From assembly GCA_963735035.1 (NCBI GenBank), contig CAVTJJ010000006.1, positions 512,001-576,000 on the forward strand: 64,000 nt of DNA. The letters are read 5' to 3'. The notes beneath the pieces were generated by a model. The model was not told where the DNA came from. It was given only the letters and a program-made list of their open reading frames with translations, and did no database searches. This document shows, one piece after another, positions 22,323 through 31,828 of the stretch; within the stretch, counting starts at the first letter, position 1, and every line of letters begins with the position of its first letter. The translations under genes and the position numbers were made by a program. The stretch is from an uncultured candidate division Zixibacteria bacterium. GTDB lineage: Bacteria > Zixibacteria > MSB-5A5 > GN15 > FEB-12.

Positions 22323-24161
22323 TCAGGGCGAGACCAAAACGGTTCGGTTGCTTCCTACCGCGACCGACCTCCCGCCTCCAACCGCCAGGCCCTTTAGCGA
22401 ATAGTCTGTCAGACTCGCGAGTGCTTCCCAGGAGGAACCGTCCGCGGAAACTGCCATAGTGCCGCCGCGACCGCAAGCGACCAGGCGAGTGCCGGTCCAG
22501 GCAAGATCATAGAGAAAATCATGCACCGGTATATCGTAGGCCTGCCAGTGAACGGCATCGGTCGAGACATAGGCGTGTCCCTGTAGTCCGGCCGGAGGAG
22601 TATCGGTCGTTCCTACGGCGCAATAGATCGAGCCGGTCCAAACCAATCGAGAAATCGTTGGTTCAGTGTCGGTCGAATCGACCGCCGGTTTCGCCCAGTC
22701 CATGCCATCATCCGAAGTGTAAACTATTCCGGTGGCCGCCGCGAGATAGCGGGAGCCGTCCCAGATCACAGTGCGAAGAGTCACGCTGTCGCCGACGAAA
22801 TAAGGCGTCCACGCTTGACCGTCTCCCGAGAGAAAGACAGTTCCATCCTGTCCGCACGCGACGAAGTTGCCATTACCCCAGGTGATATCTTTGAGAACAA
22901 CATCCTGAAATGCGAGTGTCTTTGCCCAGGTATGGCCGTCGGCCGAAGAATATATCTCGTTTGGGACGCCATAGGCGCCACCCAACGCGGCATAGATGCT
23001 GCCGGAAAAGGCCAAACGGTCGAACCAGACTGAGGCGTGGCTGTGGGTTTCACTCCAAGTGGTACCGTTCGTGGAGCGCATGACTGTCCCTCGATCGGTG
23101 ACGGCGACAAATTCCGTTCCGTTCCAGAGGACACCCGTCATCTCGGCTCCTGAAGTGACAATGGGCAATTGATTTGGAGCCGTTCCCGCGAGGACATAAC
23201 CTCCACTGCCTCCGACCAGAACCTGGTTCTTAAATGCGCCCACACAAGTGAGGGAGAAGGGTGCTTCGGTGCTTTGCTGTGTCCATGCCGTGCCGTCGTT
23301 AGAACTGAACAAGAGGCCGTCAGGGTAGCCGAGCTGGTACCCAGTTCCCTCGCCGACTGCCACCAGAGCGCTTCCAGTCCAGAACAAATCATGGATGTAC
23401 CATGCATCGATCCCCGCCTGCACAAACCAGTTGGAGCCATTGGCAGAGCGGTAGACGTGGCAGCGATCCGTAGGACCGGCCAGGGGATCGACTGCAACCA
23501 TGTAAAAGGCGCTGTCGGCCGCGGTCACCGCCGGAAGCTGGGTATCGTCGCCAAATACCGTGGTGGCAGAATCCCAGGTGATAGCATCTTTGCTCCAGCG
23601 AACCCGGCCGTTGTCGGTGCAGGCCACCCAGGTACTATCCCTAAAGGCGACGTCAGAGAAGGCCTCAGTTGCGTCCTGACGGTGCAGAACCCAGTTGATC
23701 CCGTCGTCTGAGACATAGATCGACCCACCTTCGCCGACCGCCACAATCAGGCTGTCACTTTCTGCCAGTCCGGTCATGTTGGCGAGGTCGTCGATTCCGA
23801 CCCAGCGCCAATCGGTCCCATTAGAAGATACGATAAGTGTGCCGTTCATGCCCACCGCAACGAACAGGGAATCAAACCAGATGACATCCTGGAGTCCGTC
23901 GTTTGGTCCGCCTACCCGTCGCTGATCCCACTTGACGCCGTCGGTTGATGAGTACACGATGCCACCATCACCGACCAGCAGCGATAGATTGTCATTTGAG
24001 GCAAAAGCTCTCGGGGTGTTGGTGATACCTGTTTCGGCCAGTCGCCAGGAGGATCCGATCACGGTTGGGGTCGGCTCAGTGGCTTTTTTGTCATCACCGC
24101 AACCCCAAAATATCAGGGCAATAAAGGGCAGGCAGGCGAAAGCGGCAACGCGATGGGTCAT
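22323..24161 (-). CDS. Beta-propeller repeat lipoprotein (YCF48/BNR-like)
   Basis: Lipobox FWGC; many VAVG..G.I..SxDGxxW repeats. Confidence 0.85.
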   Translation of the reverse strand: MTHRVAAFACLPFIALIFWGCGDDKKATEPTPTVIGSSWRLAETGITNTPRAFASNDNLSLLVGDGGIVYSSTDGVKWDQRRVGGPNDGLQDVIWFDSLFVAVGMNGTLIVSSNGTDWRWVGIDDLANMTGLAESDSLIVAVGEGGSIYVSDDGINWVLHRQDATEAFSDVAFRDSTWVACTDNGRVRWSKDAITWDSATTVFGDDTQLPAVTAADSAFYMVAVDPLAGPTDRCHVYRSANGSNWFVQAGIDAWYIHDLFWTGSALVAVGEGTGYQLGYPDGLLFSSNDGTAWTQQSTEAPFSLTCVGAFKNQVLVGGSGGYVLAGTAPNQLPIVTSGAEMTGVLWNGTEFVAVTDRGTVMRSTNGTTWSETHSHASVWFDRLAFSGSIYAALGGAYGVPNEIYSSADGHTWAKTLAFQDVVLKDITWGNGNFVACGQDGTVFLSGDGQAWTPYFVGDSVTLRTVIWDGSRYLAAATGIVYTSDDGMDWAKPAVDSTDTEPTISRLVWTGSIYCAVGTTDTPPAGLQGHAYVSTDAVHWQAYDIPVHDFLYDLAWTGTRLVACGRGGTMAVSADGSSWEALASLTDYSLKGLAVGGGRSVAVGSNRTVLVSP

Positions 24162-24288
24162 ATTAGCTCTCCACGAATTAGGTCCAGCAATATATAGAGT
24201 GCCGAGTCGTTTACCAACCCTGCCGGAGCGCTTTTCCTTTGCGCTGAGAAGGCCTCTGCTTTAGTTTGGCATTCGAAAGGAAGCATGT

Positions 24289-24876
24289 ATGCGTCGGCAG
24301 TCGAAATCACATACCGCAAGAAGTAATCGTCATACGGATTATACTACCGATACGGCTGTCCGGGACGAAGCCTTCTTGTTTTCTCTTATTGAGAAGACGA
24401 CCGCCCCGCCCTTCCTGTTGATCCTCGACAACGTCCAGGACCCCCACAACCTGGGTGCTTGTCTTCGGAGCGCCGACGGCGCCGGTGTACAAGCAGTGAT
24501 AATTCCCAAAGACCGCTCGGTTCATCTCACGGATACGGTTCGATCTATCGCCTGCGGGGCGGCTGAGCACATACCTCTGGTCGAAGTGACCAATCTGGCG
24601 CGAGTTTTGGATCAGTTGAAAGACCAGGGGGTATGGCTGGTCGGGACCGCCGACCAGGCGCCCAAGTCACTGTACGAGCTCGACTTGACCGGGCCACTGG
24701 CACTGGTCATGGGCTCGGAAGGGAAGGGGCTTCGACGCCTGACCGCCGAAAAGTGCGATTTCCTCGCCTCGATTCCCATGTACGGCAAGGTGGAGAGCCT
24801 GAACGTGTCGGTCGCCACAGGGGTATGTCTTTACGAAGCGGTCAGGCAACGCCGTGGCCGACCCAGGACCCCATAG
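24289..24876 (+). CDS. rlmB: SPOUT 2'-O-methyltransferase, RlmB-like, lacking the N-terminal domain
   Basis: [28 protein letters not shown] and ESLNVSVA motifs; only 195 aa. Confidence 0.85.
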   Translation: MRRQSKSHTARSNRHTDYTTDTAVRDEAFLFSLIEKTTAPPFLLILDNVQDPHNLGACLRSADGAGVQAVIIPKDRSVHLTDTVRSIACGAAEHIPLVEVTNLARVLDQLKDQGVWLVGTADQAPKSLYELDLTGPLALVMGSEGKGLRRLTAEKCDFLASIPMYGKVESLNVSVATGVCLYEAVRQRRGRPRTP

Positions 24877-24955
24877 CCCACCTCTTTCTCAGGAACTACC
24901 AGACACCCCAGGCGTTCACAATCAAAACCTCGAACTAACAGACAAGGAGTTTTCA

Positions 24956-25336
24956 TTGGCCCCGATTCTCATAGCCGGTACTATAATCGTCAATCTGGCC
25001 CTGCTCTTCTATTCCATAGGAATCATTACCGAGCAGCGGCGACACCGCGTAACTCAGAGGGTCCTGACCTTTCTGGTACTCGGGGTAATTTTCGATGTCA
25101 CGGCGACCGTCTGCATGATCGCAGGATCACCCAATCCGCCTTATTCGCTCCACGGCCTGCTGGGGTATTCTTCATTGGCTGCGATGCTGGTCGAAACGAT
25201 TTCGGCCTGGCGTCATCGCTCTCGCAACGGTGATGGGGAAGTAAGCCGCAAACTGCATCTCTACTCCCGGATCGCGTATATCTGGTGGGTGACGGCCTAT
25301 ATCACCGGAGCCCTGCTGGTCATGGGTCGTCGATAA
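24956..25336 (+). CDS. Small four-helix membrane protein
   Basis: AAGGAG SD with TTG start; four hydrophobic segments and a His-containing SLHGLLG motif. Confidence 0.75.
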   Translation: MAPILIAGTIIVNLALLFYSIGIITEQRRHRVTQRVLTFLVLGVIFDVTATVCMIAGSPNPPYSLHGLLGYSSLAAMLVETISAWRHRSRNGDGEVSRKLHLYSRIAYIWWVTAYITGALLVMGRR

Positions 25337-25509
25337 TCCGAATCGATATCCGCCCAAAGGAACCATTTTTCAAGCTTCGTGTTTCACAACGTAAGATGGA
25401 CAAAGAAGTGTCCATCTTCGAACTGTGCTAAGAAACGGACTGTTCATAGGTACACCGTCTCTGATAGCAGGCGAGACGATGAAGTGATGGTTTCTATAGG
25501 AGGTGCAAG

Positions 25510-26094
25510 ATGTTAAGACGCACGTTGTTAGCAATCGCGGTACTGACTTTGATCAGCGTCTCGGTCCAGGCCGATCAATGGCAGATTGACCCCGCCCATT
25601 CAAGCGTGAATTTCCAGGTTACCCATCTGGTGATTTCCAAAGTTAATGGCAAGTTCAGTGATTTCGCGGGTACCCTCAATTTTGACGGCAAGGATGTCTC
25701 GACGGGGAGTGTCGAAGTGACCGTCAAGACGGCCTCCGTCAACACCGGGGTGGACCAGCGCGACACCCACCTCAAGTCACCGGACTTCTTTGATGTCACC
25801 AAATTTCCGGAGATGACTTTCAAATCCAAGAAGATCATCAAGGGCTCCGGTGCGACTTTTCAGTTGGTCGGCGATTTGACCATGCACGGGGTCACCAAGG
25901 AAGTGACTTTCGATTGTGAGTTCTACGGCATGGCCGAAATGATGGGTGCGAAGAGGGTCGGCTTCAGCGCCAAGACCCGGATCAACCGCCAGGACTATGG
26001 CGTGTCCTATAATAAAGTGCTCGACACCGGCGGCCTGATGGTCAGCAATGATGTCGATATCAGTATCGAGCTCGAATTGAGTAAAGTAGGCTAA
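25510..26094 (+). CDS. yceI: YceI family periplasmic protein
   Basis: WQIDPAHSSVNF, RDTHLKSPDFFD and GDLTMHGVTKEV motifs; signal peptide. Confidence 0.95.
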   Translation: MLRRTLLAIAVLTLISVSVQADQWQIDPAHSSVNFQVTHLVISKVNGKFSDFAGTLNFDGKDVSTGSVEVTVKTASVNTGVDQRDTHLKSPDFFDVTKFPEMTFKSKKIIKGSGATFQLVGDLTMHGVTKEVTFDCEFYGMAEMMGAKRVGFSAKTRINRQDYGVSYNKVLDTGGLMVSNDVDISIELELSKVG

Positions 26095-26109
26095 TTTCCG
26101 AGGGTTGCG

Positions 26110-26144
26110 GGCCGGTCCGACAGAAGGATCGGCCCGTCCTTTTT
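26110..26144 (+). terminator. Rho-independent terminator after yceI
   Basis: GGGCCGGTCC...GGATCGGCCC hairpin followed by a T run. Confidence 0.7.
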
Positions 26145-26168
26145 CTCCTCCTGCCGGTCCAAATCCGT

Positions 26169-26197
26169 TTGACAGTGTTGGGGGATTATAATATCAT
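26169..26197 (+). promoter_or_regulatory. Sigma70-type promoter of the EF-G paralogue
   Basis: TTGACA-N17-TATCAT. Confidence 0.65.
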
Positions 26198-26275
26198 GGT
26201 TTTCTTGACCCGGTGACCCCTGGTGGGGCCATCTTGTGGTTTGGACTGGTTTGTAGTTTTCCTGGAGGTTTGACA

Positions 26276-28355
26276 TTGAAGGAATTCACTACCGAGAATA
26301 TTCGCAATTTCTGTCTGGTCGGACAACGCGGCTGCGGCAAGAGCAGTCTGGCCGATGGTATAGCGTTTCACACCGGAGCCAACAACCGAATTGGACGTGT
26401 CGACGACGGCAGTTCGTACTTTGACTACAACGAAGCGGAGGTGACGCGCAAGTCGACGATATCAGCCAAGCTGATGGCGTCAACCTGGAAGAATCGCAAG
26501 CTCAATCTGCTCGACTGTCCGGGGCACGCCGATTTTGTCGGGGAATTGCTTTCGGGTGTGGCGGTGGCCGAATCAGCAGGGTTCTTGCTGGATGCGGTCT
26601 CAGGTGTCGAAGTGGGCACGCAACTCCAGTGGCGGATGATGCCTGCCCGGCTGGCCCGGTTCTTCTATGTCAACAAGATGGACAAGGAAAATGTGAATTG
26701 GCCGGCCACGGTCGGATCGATTCAGAACGCTTTTGGTAACCGGGCGGTCCCGGTGCAGATGCCTATGGGCCAGTCGGAATCGTTCACCGGTGTCATCGAT
26801 CTGGTTAACATGAAAGCCTATACCTACGCCGGCGGCAAACAAGTCGAAGGCGATATACCGGCCAATTTCAAGGCCGAGGCCGAGTCGATGCGCGAAAAGC
26901 TGGTGGAAACGGCCGCCGAGTCGGATGATGCTCTTCTGGAGAAATTCTTCGAAGAGGGGACTCTCGAAGTAGCTCAGATAATTCAGGGCATCCGCTCCGG
27001 ACTGGTCAAAGGGACGTTGTTCCCGATTCTGTTTCGGCTCCGCATCGAAGGATATCGGGACGCCGGCTCTTCTGGATTTTGCGATGGAATATCTTCCGGC
27101 CCCGAATCAGGGTCCAATGCCGGCGGCGGTGGCCACCGGTACCGATCAAACCGTAGAGGTCAAGACCGACCCGAACGGCCCGGTAGTGGCGGCCATTTTC
27201 AAGATGGTCACGGAAGGACATCTCGGCGAAATGACCTGGTTCAAGGTCTTCTCCGGCACTGTCCAGCCAGGTTCTGAATTACACAACCAGCAGACCAGCG
27301 CGAACGAAAGACTTACCCAGATCTATACCCTCCAGGGAAAGAACCGTATCGATTCACCGGCGCTGCATGCGGGTGATATTGGTGTGGCCGTAAAACTGAA
27401 AGATACTCACGCAGGTAACACGCTTACGACTAAGGACGCCAAGGTCAGCATCAAACCGATTACGTTCCCCAAGCCGGTAATGGATGTGGCCATTCGACCC
27501 AAGAAGAAGGGCGACGAAGAAAAGATCGCTTCCGGCTTGACCAAGCTGCACAGCGAGGATCCCACGTTCGAGTTGAAAGCCGATGCGGCGCTTAAGCAGC
27601 AGGTACTTTATGCTCAGGGCTCGACTCACATTGAAGTGCTGATGGATAAGTTGCAGAAGCGGTTCGGTGTCGAGTGTGAGTTAATGAAGCCGAAAGTACC
27701 GTATCGCGAAACGGTCATCTCCAAATCTGAAACCCAGTATCGGCACAAGAAGCAGAGCGGCGGGCGCGGTCAGTTCGGCGACGTTCACATCCGGATCGAA
27801 CCCAATGTTCGAGGCGGCGGATTTGAATTTCTCGACGAAATCAAGGGTGGTGTCATCCCCGGCAAGTTCATTCCGGCCGTGGAAAAAGGCATTGTCGAGG
27901 CGATGCAAGATGGCAATCTGTGCGGCGCCCCGATAGTAGATGTCAAGGTCGCCCTCTATTTCGGCTCCTACCACGACGTCGATTCCTCGGATATGGCCTT
28001 CAAGATTGCCGGTCTGATGGCATTCCGCGACGGTTATATGAAAGCCAAGCCGGTCATTCTGGAGCCGATCTGCAATATCGAGGTCCTGGTGCCGGACGAG
28101 TTCACGGGCGACGTTATGGGCGACCTGTCGTCGCGTCGCGGTAAGATCGCCGGGATGGAGCGCGAGGGTTCGTCGCAGCGTATCAAGGCCACCGTGCCCC
28201 AGTCGGAACTGTATCAGTACTCGGTCGATTTGCGGTCGATGACTCAGGGTCAGGGGTTCTATTCGATGGAATTTGATCGCTACGAGCAAGTGCCTCACGA
28301 AATCGCTCAGAAGATCATTGCCGAGGCCCAGGCCGCCAAACAGGCCGAATCATAG
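26276..28355 (+). CDS. fusA: Elongation factor G paralogue (EF-G2-like), frameshifted at about 27033
   Basis: GQRGCGKS, DCPGH, NKMD, HKKQSGGRGQFG and GSYHDVDSS motifs; removing one T in GTTTCGG gives a continuous LFPILFGSASKDIG. Confidence 0.9.
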
Positions 28356-28391
28356 GGGTACGACGGGATTCTTAGGCAATAGACACGCCTT

Positions 28392-28420
28392 AGGCGGGCC
28401 GGTGACGGCCCGCCTTTTTT
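28392..28420 (+). terminator. Rho-independent terminator after fusA
   Basis: AGGCGGGCCG-GTGA-CGGCCCGCCT followed by a T run. Confidence 0.85.
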
Positions 28421-28454
28421 GTATTAATGTGATGCGTTCTTGCCGAACTTGTTA

Positions 28455-28483
28455 TTGACAGATGAACAAATGGGCAGTAGTCT
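28455..28483 (+). promoter_or_regulatory. Sigma70-type lexA promoter
   Basis: TTGACA-N17-TAGTCT upstream of lexA. Confidence 0.55.
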
Positions 28484-28520
28484 GCCGGTGGATGTGTATA
28501 ATACTCCGAAAGGCGGCATT

Positions 28521-29138
28521 ATGACCCGGCCGGAACTTACCGAGCGTCAGCGACTCATACTCGACTTTGTCGAAAATCTGATCACCGAGAAAGGGCAAGC
28601 CCCGACTATCCGTGAGATCGGTGAAAAGTTCGGCATCAGTTCTACTAACGGAGTCAGGACGCATCTGGATGCGCTGGTCAGGAAAGGCTACCTCAAGAAG
28701 TCCGACAATATTTCCCGGGGGTTAGAGATGACTCGTCGTTTCTCCGCGGGTACGGGTCGTATACCTCTGGTGGGTCTGGTGCCTGCCGGTCAGCCGATCG
28801 ATTCGGCGGAGAATATCGAAGGGGAGATCGTCCTGGACATTTCATTCCTGCCCAAAGGAGATTCGTTCAGTCTCACGGTCAAAGGCGATTCCATGGTCGA
28901 GGCGGGGATACATGACAAGGATGTGGTGATTGTGCGCAAGCAGAGTGTGGCCCAAAAAGGTGATATTGTCGTAGCTCTTATCAACGGCGAGGCGACGGTT
29001 AAGCGTTATTTCCCCGAGGGTCAAAGCATTCGTCTGCAGCCGGAGAATGCCGCCTACGAGCCGATTTATGTCAATCGAAAATCGGGTGACTTTATGATAG
29101 CCGGTAAAGTGGTGGGACTGCTGCGCCGAATTGCGTGA
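28521..29138 (+). CDS. lexA: LexA repressor
   Basis: LTERQ, PTIREIG winged helix, VPAGQP cleavage site, GDSM Ser and EATVK Lys. Confidence 0.96.
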   Translation: MTRPELTERQRLILDFVENLITEKGQAPTIREIGEKFGISSTNGVRTHLDALVRKGYLKKSDNISRGLEMTRRFSAGTGRIPLVGLVPAGQPIDSAENIEGEIVLDISFLPKGDSFSLTVKGDSMVEAGIHDKDVVIVRKQSVAQKGDIVVALINGEATVKRYFPEGQSIRLQPENAAYEPIYVNRKSGDFMIAGKVVGLLRRIA

Positions 29139-29151
29139 TCGCTGATTGTGC

Positions 29152-29439
29152 TCAGGCTACGGTTGTGCTGAACTGATGTTTGGCGCCGGCGCGTTCTTCG
29201 TGGACCACTCGTCGGTAGAACTCACACATATGACAGGGAGTGCCGTTGCATACGGGTAGTCGTGACAGGCAGTTGGTCTCGCGGACCATCCAACAGGCGC
29301 GTCCCCCGGCCACACCGCCATTGGTGCCGTCAAAAGCCATGGCTGTAGCGGTCGGGCATTCTCCCATCGTGCCAACCATAAGTCCGCCCTTTTCCCGACC
29401 GCAGTTTCTGTATTCCCAGCAGTTCAACTTGCGCTCCAT
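29152..29439 (-). CDS. Small Cys-rich two-CW-type domain protein
   Basis: NCWEYRNCGRE...CP...GGRACW...CHMCEFY; GGAG SD. Confidence 0.8.
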   Translation of the reverse strand: MERKLNCWEYRNCGREKGGLMVGTMGECPTATAMAFDGTNGGVAGGRACWMVRETNCLSRLPVCNGTPCHMCEFYRRVVHEERAGAKHQFSTTVA

Positions 29440-29454
29440 TGCGGACTCTCCGAC

Positions 29455-31605
29455 TCAGTGTTCGATTACCCGCATTACGGCCGCGAATTGAGGATCGTCG
29501 TTCATCTGTTGCACCTGGGTTGGCGTGGCGCACTTGATGAACTTTTCGTAGTCTTTCTGGGCTTCCTTGAATTCACCCGCGCCGTAATGACTCAACATCA
29601 GGTACTGATGAATGACCGGATTGTTGGCGTCGAGAGATCTCGCATCTTTGAAATGCTTGATAGCCTTATCGAATGTTCCCTGGTTGTACCGGGCTCTCCC
29701 AAGACCGATATAGGCGTCGAGGTTCTTCTTGTCGACCCGAGTGACCGCGTCGAAATCGGCTATTGCGGCCAGGGATTCGTTGCGAGCGAGGTAGAGGGTG
29801 CCGCGCCCGAGCAGGGCCGGGACACTCTTGGGGTCGGCTTTCAGTGCTTCGGCATAGGCTGAAAGTGCCTGACCGTAGTCGTTACGGACACGCATGATCT
29901 CGGCGGCCCGCACATAATCGTCGTGGGCCGAGGGGTTGTTCTTCAGAGCACGATAGACTTCGCCTCTCTTGGAATAGGCCTCGGCGTAGTTCGGATTGGT
30001 TTCTACGGCCTTGTTCAGGTCGGTCAGAGCGGACGACAAATCGTTCCTCTCGATGGCGCTGACGGCCGTCTGGTAATATTCCACTTCAGGCCGGACCACC
30101 GGTTTGCGCTCCGCGACTGCCGGGACGAGGGTCAACGCAAGACTGGCCGGTTTATCGGTTCTTAGATCGACTGTTCCACTTACCGTCTGGTAACCGTCTT
30201 TCGATACCGTATAGGTGTGGCGACCCGGTTTCAGCCGGTTGTAAGTGAGATTTCCCGCACCGAGGACAGAACCGTCAAGCGTCAACTTGGCGCCGTCGAC
30301 ACTGGCCGCCAGAGTCAGCCTGGCAAAACTGGAATTTGAAGCGGCTTTGGTCTCAGCGGAATTCGAGGCTGCCTCTCTTGATGAAGCTGGAGGCGTCTGT
30401 CCCGCGATCGGCTCGAACGATTTGGGCGATGTGCCCCCGGCAGAATTCGCAGAGTTTATGGTTGGTGATGTCGGCACTGAGGCGGCCGGTTTCAGCGTCA
30501 CGGTGGTGACATTCTTATCGGCCACGGTAGTGTAGTCCTGCGCCAAGACCGTTTGTTCTTTGACGTACTGTATCTGATAGCTGCCTGCGTTCAGGGGATC
30601 GGTCTTGAAGAATCCCTGACCATTGACTTCGTAAGTCTTACCAAGTTCCGGGAATCGTACTTCGCCGCCGGTAAGGACGGGATGTCCGTCCGCGCCCAGC
30701 ACCACTCCGATCACCCGGCCGTCGCCAATGTCGGCGCTGGAGCTAAACAGCATGCCAAGGATTAGAACAACTATGCTGGCGGCCACCGTTATGGCAATCG
30801 CGATCGTATTGATCGAAAACTTCTTGGGTTGCAGGGTGTACTCGCGTCCGGCAACGAGCATCTCATCGCCTTCATGTAACTCCTGCTGGCCGGTAACCTT
30901 AATGTAACCTTTGGCAAAGTAGGCTACGCCTCGGGAACGTTTCGACATCCGCGGCGAATCCCCTGATAGTCCCAGGTCAGCCGCATCGGGACGGAATTCT
31001 TTGTTCCTCTTCGGCGGGACAATCGGCTCGGTGGCGAAACCGGTTCCGCGAACCGGGACGGATACGTCCGCGTCCGACGACGGACCGTGACCTATGGCAT
31101 TCATCAGTTGCTGTTTCTCATCATCGGAGAGGTAATTGGAGGTCTTGGATTCGGCCCGCATGCGATGTGAGATTTCTTTGATCTGCTCTTCTGAGAGACG
31201 CTCGATCTTGTCGCGTGCGTCCTCAGCAGCTTTGGCATCGCTCTGTGGGACCGAAGCGGTCGGCTTCTCGACCGGTGTGGTTGCTGGTTGTGGTATCTCC
31301 GGCTCCGGAACGGCGAAATATGAATCATGACTGGGTCGGTCGAACGCTTCTTCTTTGCGAGCGCCGGCTTCGGCTTGCATGAGATCAGCCGGTGATTCGA
31401 TCCCCAGGTTATCACCTGGTGTGGGCTGAAAGCCACCAACCATTTCGGTCCCTTGCTCGTGTGCTTCGGTTACCACGAAGTCGAGATCGTCGGTATCTGC
31501 CGATTCATCGAGTTTCGCTGGCTCCGGGCTCGGAGTCTTTGGGGTGTGTTTGGCTTTCTCAGCTTCTGAAGCTTGGGTCGTTTCGGGAGTGTTTTCTAGT
31601 ACCAT
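29455..31605 (-). CDS. Membrane-anchored PEGA and TPR domain protein
   Basis: Low-complexity N-terminus, one TM segment, PEGA-like GAKLTLDG...HTYTVSKDGY and multiple TPR repeats. Confidence 0.85.
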   Translation of the reverse strand: MVLENTPETTQASEAEKAKHTPKTPSPEPAKLDESADTDDLDFVVTEAHEQGTEMVGGFQPTPGDNLGIESPADLMQAEAGARKEEAFDRPSHDSYFAVPEPEIPQPATTPVEKPTASVPQSDAKAAEDARDKIERLSEEQIKEISHRMRAESKTSNYLSDDEKQQLMNAIGHGPSSDADVSVPVRGTGFATEPIVPPKRNKEFRPDAADLGLSGDSPRMSKRSRGVAYFAKGYIKVTGQQELHEGDEMLVAGREYTLQPKKFSINTIAIAITVAASIVVLILGMLFSSSADIGDGRVIGVVLGADGHPVLTGGEVRFPELGKTYEVNGQGFFKTDPLNAGSYQIQYVKEQTVLAQDYTTVADKNVTTVTLKPAASVPTSPTINSANSAGGTSPKSFEPIAGQTPPASSREAASNSAETKAASNSSFARLTLAASVDGAKLTLDGSVLGAGNLTYNRLKPGRHTYTVSKDGYQTVSGTVDLRTDKPASLALTLVPAVAERKPVVRPEVEYYQTAVSAIERNDLSSALTDLNKAVETNPNYAEAYSKRGEVYRALKNNPSAHDDYVRAAEIMRVRNDYGQALSAYAEALKADPKSVPALLGRGTLYLARNESLAAIADFDAVTRVDKKNLDAYIGLGRARYNQGTFDKAIKHFKDARSLDANNPVIHQYLMLSHYGAGEFKEAQKDYEKFIKCATPTQVQQMNDDPQFAAVMRVIEH

Positions 31606-31641
31606 AGGTCTCTGACAGAGTTAGGGTTCCGTACCACTTAT

Positions 31642-31668
31642 CTATCGGCGGAGGGCAAGGAAATCTTA
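31642..31668 (-). promoter_or_regulatory. Sigma28 (FliA)-like promoter
   Basis: Minus strand TAAG-N15-GCCGATAG versus consensus TAAA-N15-GCCGATAA. Confidence 0.55.
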
Positions 31669-31828
31669 AATGAATGCCGGGGGCTCTACGTCGTAGGGGT
31701 GAGCGTCCCATAGGTTGACAATCCAAAATCTGGCTTGACAGCCGGCTGGAAGGCGGCCTATATTCGCTCTCTGTAATGCTTAAGGAGTTTTGAGCTGCGT
31801 TTGGTTACTCCCCAGGAGGAAGGGTTAG

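Noticed and set aside
27020..27090. Programmed frameshift or split gene in the EF-G paralogue
   Set aside because: No slippery heptamer; one extra T explains it and matches the window-wide insertion pattern.
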